A DNA stretch of 64,000 nt, taken from NCBI GenBank assembly GCA_964636295.1, contig CAZWQY010000001.1, positions 16,092 through 80,091 of the forward strand, written 5' to 3'. Origin of the DNA: an uncultured Lentisphaeraceae bacterium. GTDB lineage: Bacteria; Verrucomicrobiota; Kiritimatiellia; RFP12; UBA1067. The translations under genes were made by a program, and so were the position numbers. Shown here in pieces: positions 23,195 to 33,280 of this stretch. Position 1 is the first letter of the stretch. Each line of letters opens with the position of its first letter. Below the pieces are notes generated by a model, which searched no databases, was not told the origin of the DNA, and saw only the letters and a program-made list of their open reading frames with translations.

Positions 23195-23203
23195 TGGTAT
23201 AAT
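23195..23203 (+). promoter_or_regulatory. extended -10 promoter TGGTATAAT for nifU-DUF1846-mtaB (near-leaderless)
   Basis: The plus strand reads TATGGTATAATGGTGTCCCGTTATG. Only 11 nt separate the hexamer from the ATG, and there is no SD. Confidence 0.6.
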
Positions 23204-23214
23204 GGTGTCCCGTT

Positions 23215-23778
23215 ATGTGGAACTATTCCGAGAAGATGATGGATCACTTCCGCAATCCGCGGAACGTGGGCAAGATTGAGCATCCGGACGGGACGGCGAC
23301 GGTCGGGTCCCTCGCGTGCGGCGACGCGCTGCAGTTTCAGTTCAAGCTGGGGCCCGACGGCCGAATCGCCGAGGCGAAGTTCCAGACGTTCGGCTGCGCG
23401 AGCGCGATCGCGAGCTCGTCGGCGCTGACCGAGATGGTCATCGGCAAGACGCTCGACGAGGCGAAGAAGATCACGAACCAGCAGATCGCCGACTACCTGG
23501 GCGGGCTGCCGCCGCAGAAGATGCACTGCAGCGTCATGGGGCGCGAGGCGATGGAGGCGGCGATCAAGAACTACGAGACGGGCGAGAACGCCGACCGCAA
23601 CCTCGAAGACCAGACGCTCTGCACGTGCTACAACGTCTCCGAGAACGAGGTACGGCGCGTCATCACCGAGAACCAGCTCACGACCGTCGAGGAGGTCACG
23701 AACTTCACGAAGGCCGGCGGCGGCTGCGGACGCTGCAAGGAAAAGATCCAGAAGATCCTCGACGAACTGCATCGCTAA
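23215..23778 (+). CDS. nifU: NifU-like Fe-S scaffold (IscU-type domain plus BFD-like [2Fe-2S] domain, no C-terminal Nfu domain)
   Basis: MWNYSEKMMDHFRNPRNVG...GSLACGDA...FGCASAIASSSALTEMV...MHCSVMGREA closely parallels the NifU N-terminus. A CxC...CGRC motif follows. Confidence 0.85.
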   Translation: MWNYSEKMMDHFRNPRNVGKIEHPDGTATVGSLACGDALQFQFKLGPDGRIAEAKFQTFGCASAIASSSALTEMVIGKTLDEAKKITNQQIADYLGGLPPQKMHCSVMGREAMEAAIKNYETGENADRNLEDQTLCTCYNVSENEVRRVITENQLTTVEEVTNFTKAGGGCGRCKEKIQKILDELHR

Positions 23779-23790
23779 GGGGCGTCCACC

Positions 23791-25311
23791 GTGAAACTAG
23801 GCTTTGACAACGAGAAGTACCTGAAGGAACAGTCCGAGGAGATTCGCCGCCGCGCCAGCACGTACGGGCGGCTCTACCTTGAGTTCGGCGGCAAGCTCAT
23901 GAACGACTTCCACGCGGCTCGCTGCCTGCCCGGCTACGACCCGAACGTGAAGCTCCGCCTCCTCCAGACACTGAAGGACCAGGCCGAGGTCATCCTCTGC
24001 CTCTATTCGGGCGACATCGAGCGCAAGAAGATGCGCGCCGACTTCGGCATCTCCTACGCCGACGACGCGCTGAAGCTCATCGACGACCTGCGCGCGCTCG
24101 GGCTCACCGTGCGCGGCGTCGTCATCACGCGCTTCCAGGAGCAGGCCGCCGTCAAGCTCTTCCGCGCGAAGCTCGAGCGGCGCGGCGTCCGGGTCTACTA
24201 CCACTACAAGACCGAGGGCTACCCGGCCGACGTCGACACGATCGTCTCCGACCGGGGCTACGGGCGGAACGAGTACGTGCAGACCGAGAAGCCCATCGTC
24301 GTCGTCACGGCGCCCGGCCCGGGGTCGGGCAAGTTCGCGACGTGCCTGACGCAGATCTACCACGAGTACCGCCAGGGCAAGGTCGCCGGCTACTCGAAGT
24401 TCGAGAGCTTCCCCGTCTGGAACCTGCCGCTCGACCATCCGCTCAACATCGCCTACGAGGCCGCGACGATCGACCTGCACGACCAGAACATGATCGACCC
24501 CTACCACAAGACGGCCTACGGCGTCGAGACGGTGAACTACAACCGCGACGTGGACGCCTTTCCGCTGCTCGTGGCGATCTGGCAGAAGATGACGCAGGGG
24601 GCCTGTCCCTACAAGAGCCCGACGGACATGGGCGTCAACCGCATCGGCTTCGGCATCGTGGACGACGCGGTCGTGCGCGAAGCCTCGAAGCAGGAGGTGA
24701 TCCGCCGCTTCCTGCGCTACCAGTGCGCGTTCGCCGAGGGGGCGTGTCCGCGCTCGATGGTCGAGCGCGCGAAGGAGCTGATGGACTTGCTGGGCCTCAA
24801 GACGGAAGACCGCATCGTCGTCGAGGCGGCGCGCGTCGCGGCGGCCGACGCCCAGATCCGGGGCAAGGGCAAGGCGGGCGGGACGATCGTCTCGGGCGCG
24901 GCCATCGAACTGGCCGACGGGCGGCTCGTCACGGGGCGCAACTCCGACGAGATGCACGCGGCGGCGGCAATGGTGATGAACGCCGTCAAGACGCTCTCCG
25001 GCATCCCCGCGCAGATTCCGCTCATCAGCCCGAACATCATCCGCTCGATCGCCCACATGAAGCAGGACATCCTGAAGGTCGGCTACACGTCGCTCAACCT
25101 CGACGAGGCCCTGATCGGCCTGGCGATCTCCGCGACGACGAACCCGGCCGCGCAGATCGCGATGGAACGGCTCAACGAGCTGCGCGGCTGCGAAGTCCAC
25201 ATGACGCACATCGTCACGCCCGGCGACGAGGCGGGCCTCCGCCGGCTCGGCTGCCGCTTCACGTCCGACCCGTACTACGCGACGAACGCCCTCTTCAACG
25301 GCGAACGCTGA
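23791..25311 (+). CDS. DUF1846 / UPF0371 family protein
   Basis: 506 aa with a GTG start. The N-terminus FDNEKYLKEQSEEIRRR...LYLEFGGKL..D.HAARCLPGYDPN is typical of UPF0371. Confidence 0.75.
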   Translation: MKLGFDNEKYLKEQSEEIRRRASTYGRLYLEFGGKLMNDFHAARCLPGYDPNVKLRLLQTLKDQAEVILCLYSGDIERKKMRADFGISYADDALKLIDDLRALGLTVRGVVITRFQEQAAVKLFRAKLERRGVRVYYHYKTEGYPADVDTIVSDRGYGRNEYVQTEKPIVVVTAPGPGSGKFATCLTQIYHEYRQGKVAGYSKFESFPVWNLPLDHPLNIAYEAATIDLHDQNMIDPYHKTAYGVETVNYNRDVDAFPLLVAIWQKMTQGACPYKSPTDMGVNRIGFGIVDDAVVREASKQEVIRRFLRYQCAFAEGACPRSMVERAKELMDLLGLKTEDRIVVEAARVAAADAQIRGKGKAGGTIVSGAAIELADGRLVTGRNSDEMHAAAAMVMNAVKTLSGIPAQIPLISPNIIRSIAHMKQDILKVGYTSLNLDEALIGLAISATTNPAAQIAMERLNELRGCEVHMTHIVTPGDEAGLRRLGCRFTSDPYYATNALFNGER

Positions 25312-25314
25312 GGC

Positions 25315-26502
25315 TTGAAGGTCTGCTTCGAGACGTTCGGCTGCCGGCTCAACAAGGCCGAGGCCCTTGAGATGGAGGCCGCCTACCTCGCAAAGGGGTG
25401 GTCGGTGACGACCCGCCCCGCCGAGGCCGACCTCCTCGTCGTGCGCGGCTGCAGCGTGACGGCGCGCGCCCAGCGGGACTGCGAACGCCGGATCGACCAC
25501 CTGCGCCGCCACTACCCGAAGACGCCGCTGCGCCTCTGCGGCTGTCTCGCGAAAGCGGCGAAGCTGCCGACGCCCCCCTTCCCGACCGCGCGTCCCGAAT
25601 CCGAAACGCCCGCCGTCCCCGTGCCGACGCGCACGGCACGCGCCTACCTGAAGGTGCAGGACGGCTGTTCGTGCGCCTGCACGTTCTGCATCGTGCCGAA
25701 GTTTCGCGGCGCGTCCGTCTCCGTGCCATTCGCCGACGTCCTGGACAAGGCGCAGCGGTTCGTCGCGTCCGGCTACCGCGAAATCGTCGTCACGGGCTGC
25801 AACCTGGCGCTCTACGCCGCGAACGGCCGTCGCCTGCCCGAACTGGTCGCCGCGCTCGCGGCCGTCTCGCCGGACTGCCGCATCCGGCTCGGCTCCCTGG
25901 AGCCAGGGGCCTGCGCGCGCGAAACCGTGTCGGCCATGGCCGCCGCGCCGAACGTCTGCCGCTTCCTCCACATTCCCGTGCAGTCCGGCTCGAACCGCAT
26001 CCTCGCGGCGATGAAACGCCCCTATCTCGTGCGCGACGTCGAGGCGCTCGTCGGCACGGCGACGAAACTCCTGCCGGGGCTGGGCCTCGGCTGTGACGTG
26101 ATGACGGGCTTCCCGGACGAGTCGCCCTTCGACTTCGCGGCGACGGAGGGGCTTCTGAGCCGTCTGCCGTTCAACCACGCGCACGTCTTCCCCTATTCGG
26201 AACGGCCGGGCACACTGGCCGCCGCATTCGGCGGGGCGATTCCGAAAGACGTCCGCTCGGCGCGCGCGCACCGCCTCGCCGACCTCGTCCGGACGAAGCG
26301 CGAGCAGTTCGCCCGCCGCTTCCTCGGCAAGGAAGTCGAGATCGTCGTCGAGGACGAGCAGGAGACGGCCGGGTGGACGGGCGAGTACCTGCGGTGCCGG
26401 ACGGTGTCGCCCGCGCCGCGCAAGGCGCGCGCCCGGATCGTCGTCGCCAAGGTTCACGGCGACGCGACGCTGGAAGGCCGTCTCGCGTCAACGTCCGCGT
26501 GA
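25315..26502 (+). CDS. mtaB: radical-SAM methylthiotransferase, MtaB/MiaB-RimO family
   Basis: Has the UPF0004 N-domain ([19 protein letters not shown]), a radical-SAM CxxxCxxC ([12 protein letters not shown]) and a TRAM-like C-terminus. The TTG start lies 3 nt after the upstream stop. Confidence 0.7.
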   Translation: MKVCFETFGCRLNKAEALEMEAAYLAKGWSVTTRPAEADLLVVRGCSVTARAQRDCERRIDHLRRHYPKTPLRLCGCLAKAAKLPTPPFPTARPESETPAVPVPTRTARAYLKVQDGCSCACTFCIVPKFRGASVSVPFADVLDKAQRFVASGYREIVVTGCNLALYAANGRRLPELVAALAAVSPDCRIRLGSLEPGACARETVSAMAAAPNVCRFLHIPVQSGSNRILAAMKRPYLVRDVEALVGTATKLLPGLGLGCDVMTGFPDESPFDFAATEGLLSRLPFNHAHVFPYSERPGTLAAAFGGAIPKDVRSARAHRLADLVRTKREQFARRFLGKEVEIVVEDEQETAGWTGEYLRCRTVSPAPRKARARIVVAKVHGDATLEGRLASTSA

Positions 26503-26554
26503 CGACGGCACAGCCTGCGACATTTTGTCGCGTTCGCAGTGGGCGGCTTCCTGC

Positions 26555-26570
26555 TGGCACGGGGTTTGCA
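26555..26570 (+). promoter_or_regulatory. sigma54 (-24/-12) promoter upstream of clpB
   Basis: CTGGCACGGGGTTTGCA matches the consensus TGGCACG-N4-TTGCW, with GG and GC separated by exactly 10 nt. It ends 44 nt before the clpB ATG, and a GGAGGA RBS lies at 26602-26607. Confidence 0.6.
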
Positions 26571-26614
26571 GATTCAAACGCGGAATCGAAGGATTCCGAT
26601 TGGAGGATTCAACC

Positions 26615-28690
26615 ATGAATGCAAGTTTCGATCCGGCAGAAGACACGAAGGACTGCCTTGAGAAATACGGCACCGACCTGACGGCGCTCGCCAAGGCGGG
26701 CAAGCTCGACCCCGTCATCGGCCGCGACACGGAGATTCGCGACGTCGTGCGCATCCTGTCGCGCAAGACGAAAAACAACCCGGTTCTCATCGGCGAACCC
26801 GGCGTCGGCAAGACGGCCATCGTCGAGGGACTCGCCCAGCGCATCGTGCGCGGCGACGTCCCGGAGGGGCTGCGCGACCGCATGGTCTTCTCGCTCGACA
26901 TGACCGCCCTCATGGCCGGCGCGTCGTACCGGGGCCAGTTCGAGGAGCGGCTGAAGGCCGTCCTCAAGAAGATCCGCGAGTCGGAGGGGAAGATCATCCT
27001 CTTCATCGACGAGATCCACACGATCGTCGGCGCCGGCAAGACCGAGGGGTCGAGCGACGCGGGCAACATGCTCAAGCCCATGCTCGCGCGCGGCGAACTC
27101 CACTGCGTCGGCGCGACGACCCTCGACGAATACCGCAAGTACATGGAGAAGGACGCCGCGCTGGAACGCCGCTTCCAGCCCGTGCAGGTCGATCCGCCGA
27201 GCGAGGAGGACGCGATCTCGATCCTGCGCGGCATCAAGGAACGCTTCGAGAAGTACCACAACGTGCACATCCGCGACGAGGCGCTCGTCTCGGCCGTCAC
27301 GCTCAGCTCGCGCTACATCCAGGACCGCTTCCTGCCGGACAAGGCAATCGACCTCCTTGACGAGGCCTGCGCCCGCATCCGCACGGAGATGGACTCCTGC
27401 CCGCAGGAGCTTGACGAGATCTCGCGGCACGTGCGCCGTCTGGAGATCGAGGAGATCGCGCTCAAGAAGGAGAAGGACGAGAACTCGAAGAAGCGGCTCG
27501 TCGAACTGCAGGACGAACTCAAAGAGCTCAAGGCGAAGTCCGACAAGATGACGGCGCAGTGGAAGGAGGAGAAGCGCGCGCTGGAGGACGTGCGTCGCGT
27601 CCGCACGCGCCTGGAGGAGGAGAAGCACCGCTACGAGCGCGCCGAAAGCGAAGGCGACTTCAACGAGGCGTCGCGGCTCAAGTACGGCGTCATCCCCGAA
27701 CTCGAGAAGAAGCTCAAGGTGCACGAGGACGACCTGCGCGCGAACGCGGGCTCGGCCCTCCTGCGCGAGGAGGTGACGGCAGACGAAATCGCGGAAGTCG
27801 TCTCGCGCTGGAGCGGCATCCCCGTGACGAAGCTCGTCGAGGGCGAACGCGAAAAGCTCGTGCGCCTCGCGGACACGCTGCACACGCGCGTCATCGGACA
27901 GGACAAGGCCGTCGACGCCGTCGCCGACGCAGTCATCCGCTCGCGCGCCGGCATCAAGAACCGCCAGCGTCCGATCGGCGCGTTCCTGTTCCTCGGCCCG
28001 ACGGGCGTCGGCAAGACCGAACTCGCCAAGGCCCTCGCGCAGGAGCTCTTCGACGACGAGAACGCGATGGTGCGCCTCGACATGTCGGAATACATGGAGA
28101 AGTTCGCCGTCTCGCGCCTCGTCGGCGCGCCCCCCGGCTACGTCGGCTTCGAGGACGGCGGCCAGCTCACGGAGGCCGTGCGGCGCAAGCAGTTCTCGGT
28201 CGTCCTCCTGGACGAGATCGAGAAGGCGCATCCGGACGTCTTCAACCTGCTGCTGCAGGTGCTGGACGACGGACGCCTCACCGACAGCCACGGGCGGACG
28301 GTCTCGTTCAAGAACACCGTCGTCATCATGACGTCGAACGCGACGAAGGAGTCGCTGAAGGACATCTTCCGTCCGGAGTTCCTGAACCGGCTTGACGAAG
28401 TCCTTGAGTTCGACTCGCTCACGAAGGAGCAGATCCGCGAGATCGTCAAGCTCCAGCTCAAGGATCTCACGCAGCGGCTCGCCGACCAGGAATTCACGCT
28501 CGACGTGGACGAGAAGGCGATGGACGTGCTTGTCCAGGACGGCTACGACCCGGCCTACGGCGCGCGGCCCGTCAAGCGGGCCATCCAGCGCGACCTCGAG
28601 AACCCGATCGCGAAGCTCATCGTTGCGGGCACGTACCTGCCGGGCGCGACGATCAAGGTGACGGCGCAGGACGGCCGGATCGTTATCTAA
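26615..28690 (+). CDS. clpB: ClpB-type AAA+ disaggregase lacking the N-terminal (Clp_N) domain
   Basis: 691 aa. It begins at [26 protein letters not shown], which corresponds to about residue 150 of E. coli ClpB. Both Walker A motifs ([16 protein letters not shown]) and the coiled-coil M-domain are present. The track ORF was trimmed to the ATG at 26615. Confidence 0.9.
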   Translation: MNASFDPAEDTKDCLEKYGTDLTALAKAGKLDPVIGRDTEIRDVVRILSRKTKNNPVLIGEPGVGKTAIVEGLAQRIVRGDVPEGLRDRMVFSLDMTALMAGASYRGQFEERLKAVLKKIRESEGKIILFIDEIHTIVGAGKTEGSSDAGNMLKPMLARGELHCVGATTLDEYRKYMEKDAALERRFQPVQVDPPSEEDAISILRGIKERFEKYHNVHIRDEALVSAVTLSSRYIQDRFLPDKAIDLLDEACARIRTEMDSCPQELDEISRHVRRLEIEEIALKKEKDENSKKRLVELQDELKELKAKSDKMTAQWKEEKRALEDVRRVRTRLEEEKHRYERAESEGDFNEASRLKYGVIPELEKKLKVHEDDLRANAGSALLREEVTADEIAEVVSRWSGIPVTKLVEGEREKLVRLADTLHTRVIGQDKAVDAVADAVIRSRAGIKNRQRPIGAFLFLGPTGVGKTELAKALAQELFDDENAMVRLDMSEYMEKFAVSRLVGAPPGYVGFEDGGQLTEAVRRKQFSVVLLDEIEKAHPDVFNLLLQVLDDGRLTDSHGRTVSFKNTVVIMTSNATKESLKDIFRPEFLNRLDEVLEFDSLTKEQIREIVKLQLKDLTQRLADQEFTLDVDEKAMDVLVQDGYDPAYGARPVKRAIQRDLENPIAKLIVAGTYLPGATIKVTAQDGRIVI

Positions 28691-28730
28691 GACCCGGACG
28701 TCCCCGCCGTCGCGGCCGATTCGCCAAGCG

Positions 28731-30221
28731 TCACGCCAGCGGGTCGGCCGCGAACTCGCCCTGTTCGGGCATCTGCTCGGACGACTCGAAGTTCTCGACG
28801 GACTTCGAGACCGGCTCGCGGTCCAGGAAGCGCGTCCACTCGCGCACGAAGCTCATCTCGACCTCGCCCGTCTCGCCGTTGCGGTTCTTCGCGATGTCCA
28901 CGATCGCCAGCGTCTTGTCGTCCGCATTGTCCGCCCCTGCCGTCCGGCTCGGCCGCCGCAGGAGGAAGACGACGTCCGCGTCCTGCTCGATCGCGCCCGA
29001 ATCGCGCAAGTCCGAAAGCTTCGGCTTCTCGTTCTTGTCGCCGCGCTGCTCGTTCGCACGCGAAAGCTGCGAGAGGACAATCACGGGAACCTTCAGCTCC
29101 TTGGCCATCGCCTTGATCTGCTGGGAAATCATCGAGACTTCGATCTGACGGCTCTGGCGCGCGCCCTCGCGGCAGTTGCAGAGCTGGAGGTAGTCGATGA
29201 CGATCAGCTCGATGCCATGCTGCTTCTTCATGCGCCGCGCACGCGCCCGGAGATCCATGACGTCCAGGCCCGCCGTGTCGTCCACGTAGATCGGCGCGCC
29301 CTTCAGCTCGCCGCACGCGCGCATCAGGTTGTCCGTCATCTCCGCCTTCTCGCTCTTCGCGACGAGATTGCGGTTCAGCTTCCACATGTTGATCTTCGCG
29401 CGCCCCGCGAGCATGCGCTTCGTGAGCTGCTCGACCGGCATTTCAAGCGAGAAGATCGCGACGGGGTGACGCTTGCCCTCGTCGTAGGGCACGGGCATCT
29501 CCGTCGAGATCATCTGCCCCAGCGCGACGGATTCGGCGATGTTCATCGCAAGCGACGTCTTGCCGACGGACGGACGCGCGGCAATGACGATCATTTCGGC
29601 GGGCTTGAGGCCCTGCAACGTCTCGTCGAGGTACTTGTAGCCCGTCGAAAGCCCTTCCATCAGCCGCCCGCCCGACTCGAACATGCGGTCAATGCGCGCA
29701 TAGCTGTCGTCGACGGCCAGCGACCACGACTGCGTCGCGCCGCGCGTGCCGCCAATTTCAAGGAACGTCTTCTCGGCCTCGCCGAGGACGACCTGCGGAT
29801 CGGGATACTCGTTCTCGTCGTAGCCCTTCTCGACGACCTTCGTCGCCCGCTCGATGAGCAGCCGCCGCAGATACTTCGCCTTCACGAGGCCAAGGTAGTG
29901 CTCGGCATGCGCCGTCGTCGGAACCTGGTCGATGAGCGACTGCACGTAGGCGACGCCGCCGACCGTGTCAAGCCGGTTCTCGCGCCGCAGCTCCTCGATG
30001 AGCGTCAGCGCGTCCAGCGGCTTCGAGGCCATCGACATCTTGAGCATCGTCGCGTAGACGAGACGGTTCGCCGGCCCGTAGAACGCCTCCTCGGTCACGC
30101 CCTCGCTGCGGCACTCGTCCATGACGCGCTCTTCGCCGCGTCCGTTCGCGTCAAGGAGAATCGAACCCAGGAGCGCGCGCTCGGCCTCAAGGCTGTGCGG
30201 CGGCGTACGCAAGTCGCTCAT
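28731..30221 (-). CDS. dnaB: replicative DNA helicase
   Basis: N-terminus PPHSLEAERALLGSILLD, with Walker A ARPSVGKTS and the RecA-like C-domain. The 496-aa length leaves no room for an intein. Confidence 0.95.
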   Translation of the reverse strand: MSDLRTPPHSLEAERALLGSILLDANGRGEERVMDECRSEGVTEEAFYGPANRLVYATMLKMSMASKPLDALTLIEELRRENRLDTVGGVAYVQSLIDQVPTTAHAEHYLGLVKAKYLRRLLIERATKVVEKGYDENEYPDPQVVLGEAEKTFLEIGGTRGATQSWSLAVDDSYARIDRMFESGGRLMEGLSTGYKYLDETLQGLKPAEMIVIAARPSVGKTSLAMNIAESVALGQMISTEMPVPYDEGKRHPVAIFSLEMPVEQLTKRMLAGRAKINMWKLNRNLVAKSEKAEMTDNLMRACGELKGAPIYVDDTAGLDVMDLRARARRMKKQHGIELIVIDYLQLCNCREGARQSRQIEVSMISQQIKAMAKELKVPVIVLSQLSRANEQRGDKNEKPKLSDLRDSGAIEQDADVVFLLRRPSRTAGADNADDKTLAIVDIAKNRNGETGEVEMSFVREWTRFLDREPVSKSVENFESSEQMPEQGEFAADPLA

Positions 30222-30295
30222 GCCCGCCCTTCCCGGCGACGAGCCGCCCCGCCGCTCGCCGCGCCACGCTTTTCAAGACAGTTTTTCACGCGAGC

Positions 30296-30304
30296 ATTAT
30301 ACCA
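30296..30304 (-). promoter_or_regulatory. extended -10 promoter TGGTATAAT for dnaB
   Basis: The minus strand reads GATTTGGTATAATGCTCGCGTG. The box is 74 nt upstream of the dnaB ATG, in the spacer after the nfo stop. Confidence 0.55.
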
Positions 30305-30341
30305 AATCGCCCCTTCGCCCGTGCGCGCGCCCGCGCCCGCG

Positions 30342-31229
30342 TCAGGCCGACGGCTCCCGGAGCGACTTGAGCAGCGCGATTTCGTCCCGGTAGCCCTGCA
30401 AGTCGCACGGCGTCTCAAGATAGAACGGAAGGTCGCGAAGGTGCGGATGGTTCACAATACGCCGAAAGGCGTCCAGCCCGATCTTGCCCTTGCCGATCTT
30501 CTCGTGCCGGTCCTTGTGCGAACCCAGGGCGTTCATCGAGTCGTTCACGTGAATCGCCTTGAGGCGTCCCAGTCCAATCGTGCGGTCAAAGGCGTCCAGC
30601 ACCCCGTCGAGATCGTTGACAATGTCCGCGCCGCCGTCCCAGACATGGCACGTGTCGAGACAGACGCCGAAGAGCGGTTGGGCGGTTTGGGTGGTTGGAG
30701 GCTCGGGAAGCCTGGATTCGGCGGCATCGATCAGCGCGCGGATCTCCTCGAAGTTCCGCCCCAGTTCCGAACCCTTCCCCGCCATCGTCTCCAGGAGGAT
30801 CGTCGTCTGCCACCCGCCCGCCGGCGCGACGGCACAGACGTGTTCGAGCAGGTTCGCGACATGCACAAGGCCCGCCTCGACGCCCTGCCCCACGTGCGAG
30901 CCGGGATGGAAGTTGTAGAGCGCGCCCGGCGTCTGCTCCAGCCGCTTCAAGTCATCGACGAAGACCTTTTCGGCGAACTCCCGGACGCGCGCCTCCGCCC
31001 CGGCCGCATTGAGCGTGTACGGCGCATGGGCGAGAATCGGGCCAATGCCGTTCGCCGCCGCATAGTCGCGAAACGCGGCGACGTCGGCGGGATCGATGGG
31101 CTTCGCCGCGCCGCCGCGCGGATTCCGCGTGAAGAACTGGAAGACGTTCGCGCCGATCGAGACGGCGGTCTGGGCCATGGCGAGATAGCCGCCGGCCGAA
31201 CTGAGGTGACACCCGATTTTCATGTTCAT
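30342..31229 (-). CDS. nfo: deoxyribonuclease IV (endonuclease IV)
   Basis: Contains MNMKIGCHLSSAGG, NFHPGSH, GVCLDTCHVW and HVNDS, consistent with Nfo metal ligands. The start is ambiguous between 31229 and 31223. An extra P/T/Q loop precedes GVCLDTCH (see findings). Confidence 0.85.
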   Translation of the reverse strand: MNMKIGCHLSSAGGYLAMAQTAVSIGANVFQFFTRNPRGGAAKPIDPADVAAFRDYAAANGIGPILAHAPYTLNAAGAEARVREFAEKVFVDDLKRLEQTPGALYNFHPGSHVGQGVEAGLVHVANLLEHVCAVAPAGGWQTTILLETMAGKGSELGRNFEEIRALIDAAESRLPEPPTTQTAQPLFGVCLDTCHVWDGGADIVNDLDGVLDAFDRTIGLGRLKAIHVNDSMNALGSHKDRHEKIGKGKIGLDAFRRIVNHPHLRDLPFYLETPCDLQGYRDEIALLKSLREPSA

Positions 31230-31261
31230 GCGAGAAACTGAGAGAGAGTCGATAGAGGGTT

Positions 31262-33280
31262 TCAAATCCGCTTCAGCACGACCGCCGTGCGGGCGGGCAG
31301 GTAGAGCCGCACCTGCTGGACAAGTTCGTGGCGGTTCGCGTCAAGGACGAGCGCCGGCGCGTAGACGGCGCCAGGCTGGATGCGCCCCTGCCCGCCGAAG
31401 CGCGGCTCGTCCGTGTCGAGGAGATGCCGCCAGTCGGACGCGGGCGGCACGAGAATGCCATAGTCCGTGAAACTGCGCGTCGGATTGAAGTTGAAGACGA
31501 ACAGGAGGTCGCCGCGCACGAACGCGAGCACCTTGTCCGCCTCGTTGCAGGCCAGCCGCGTCGGCGTCGCGCCGAGCGCGCCGCGCTTTCCGAAGAGGGC
31601 CTTCCCGCCCTTGAGCGCGGCGACCATCGCCACGTCAAAGTCGCCGAGCGCCTTGAAGCGGAGGTTCGGGTCGTCCCGAAGCGACCACTGGCGGCGACAA
31701 TGGCCGTAGTCCCAGCCGTTCTCCGCACGCGGAAAGTCGATCCATTCGGGATGCCCGAACTCGTTGCCCATGAAGGTGAGATACGCGCCGCCCGACAGCG
31801 CGGCCGTCGCAAGCCGCGCCATCTTGTGAAGCGCAACGGCGCGATCGACCGTAAGCCCGTGCTGATCCTTGCCCATGCCCCAGTAGACCGCCGCGTCCGC
31901 CATCGTGAAGAAGAACGTCTTGCCGCCGACGAGCGCCTGGTCATGGCTCTCGACGTAAGAGACGACCTTCTCTTCCGCACGCCGGTTCGTGAGCTCGAAG
32001 TACAGCCCGCCCATCGACCAGTCCTCGTCGCGCACCCGCTCCGCGAGACGGAACCAGTAGTCCGGCTCGCCCATCGCCATGCGATAGTCGAAGCCAATGC
32101 CGCAGTCCGCCGCCGACGCGGCGACGCCCGGCATGCCGGAGACGTCCTCCGCAATCGTGATCGCCTGCGGCCGCGTCTCGTGAATGACGCGGTTCGCCAG
32201 CGCGAGATAGCACCAGGCATCATCGTCCATCGAACCGTTGAAGTACATCCCGTAGTCGGTGAACGCCGCGCCAAGGCCATGGTCCCAGAAGAGCATCGAC
32301 GTCACGCCGTCGAACCGGTAGCCGTCGAATCCGTACTCCTCCAGCCAGAACTTGCAGTTCGAGAGGAGGAAGTGCAACACCTCCGTCTTGCCGTAGTCGA
32401 AGCAACGGCTGCCCCACGCCGAATGCCAGCCCTTCGCGCCCGCATGAAAATACTGGCAGTCCGTCCCGTCGAAGCGCGAGAGGCCATCCCGCTCGTTCGC
32501 GACGGCGTGGGAATGGACGAGATCCATGATGACGCGAAGCCCCATCCCATGCGCCGCATCGACGAGGCTCTTGAGGTCGTCGGGCGTGCCGAACCGCGAC
32601 GACGCGGCGAAGAAGCTCGAGACATGGTAGCCGAAGCTGCCGTAGTACGGATGCTCCATGACGGCCATGAGCTGAACGGTGTCGTAGCCGGCGGCCTTGA
32701 TGCGCGGCAGCATCTCGTCGCGGAACTCGGCGTAGGTATGGACACGCGGCTCTTCGCCCGCCATGCCGATATGCGCCTCGTAGATGAACGGCGCCTGCGC
32801 CGCCGCCTGTCCTCCGTTCTTCCACCGATAGGGCCGACTCGGATGCCAGACACAAGCCGCGAAGAGCTTCGTCTCCGCGTCCTGCACGACGTAGCGCGCA
32901 TAGGCGGGGATGCGCTCGCCGCCCCCGCCGGCCCACGTCATCTCCAGATGGTACTTGTCGAGATGCCGAATCTTCGCCGCCGGCACGCGGCACTCCCAGA
33001 CGCCCGTCCCCGGCTTGCGGAAGACCTCGAACGCGGCCTCCTTCTTCCAGCCGCTGAAGTCGCCGACAAGCCACATCGCCGTCGCGTGCGGCGCCCATTC
33101 GCGGAAGACCCAGCCGCGCCGATCGCGGTGAAGGCCAAAGTAGTGATGCGCATTCGCCCAGTCCGCAAGCGTCGTCTTCCGCTGCGTGAGCGCGTCCGCC
33201 CGCATCCGGGCGTGCACGGCGCGGCCGCGAATCGCGGCCTCAAAGGGCTTCAGATACGGATCGTCAAGAAGATGTGCCAT
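31262..33280 (-). CDS. glgB: 1,4-alpha-glucan branching enzyme (GH13, eukaryote-like subfamily architecture)
   Basis: 672 aa. Contains DPYLKPF...EWAPHA..LVGDFSGW and GH13 motifs (DLVHSH, GYRFDGVTS, IAEDVSG). Confidence 0.9.
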   Translation of the reverse strand: MAHLLDDPYLKPFEAAIRGRAVHARMRADALTQRKTTLADWANAHHYFGLHRDRRGWVFREWAPHATAMWLVGDFSGWKKEAAFEVFRKPGTGVWECRVPAAKIRHLDKYHLEMTWAGGGGERIPAYARYVVQDAETKLFAACVWHPSRPYRWKNGGQAAAQAPFIYEAHIGMAGEEPRVHTYAEFRDEMLPRIKAAGYDTVQLMAVMEHPYYGSFGYHVSSFFAASSRFGTPDDLKSLVDAAHGMGLRVIMDLVHSHAVANERDGLSRFDGTDCQYFHAGAKGWHSAWGSRCFDYGKTEVLHFLLSNCKFWLEEYGFDGYRFDGVTSMLFWDHGLGAAFTDYGMYFNGSMDDDAWCYLALANRVIHETRPQAITIAEDVSGMPGVAASAADCGIGFDYRMAMGEPDYWFRLAERVRDEDWSMGGLYFELTNRRAEEKVVSYVESHDQALVGGKTFFFTMADAAVYWGMGKDQHGLTVDRAVALHKMARLATAALSGGAYLTFMGNEFGHPEWIDFPRAENGWDYGHCRRQWSLRDDPNLRFKALGDFDVAMVAALKGGKALFGKRGALGATPTRLACNEADKVLAFVRGDLLFVFNFNPTRSFTDYGILVPPASDWRHLLDTDEPRFGGQGRIQPGAVYAPALVLDANRHELVQQVRLYLPARTAVVLKRI

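Noticed and set aside
28691-28730. Looked for a bidirectional terminator between the convergent clpB and dnaB genes.
   Set aside because: Only very short, imperfect GC pairings are visible in the 40-nt spacer. I could not support a hairpin call.
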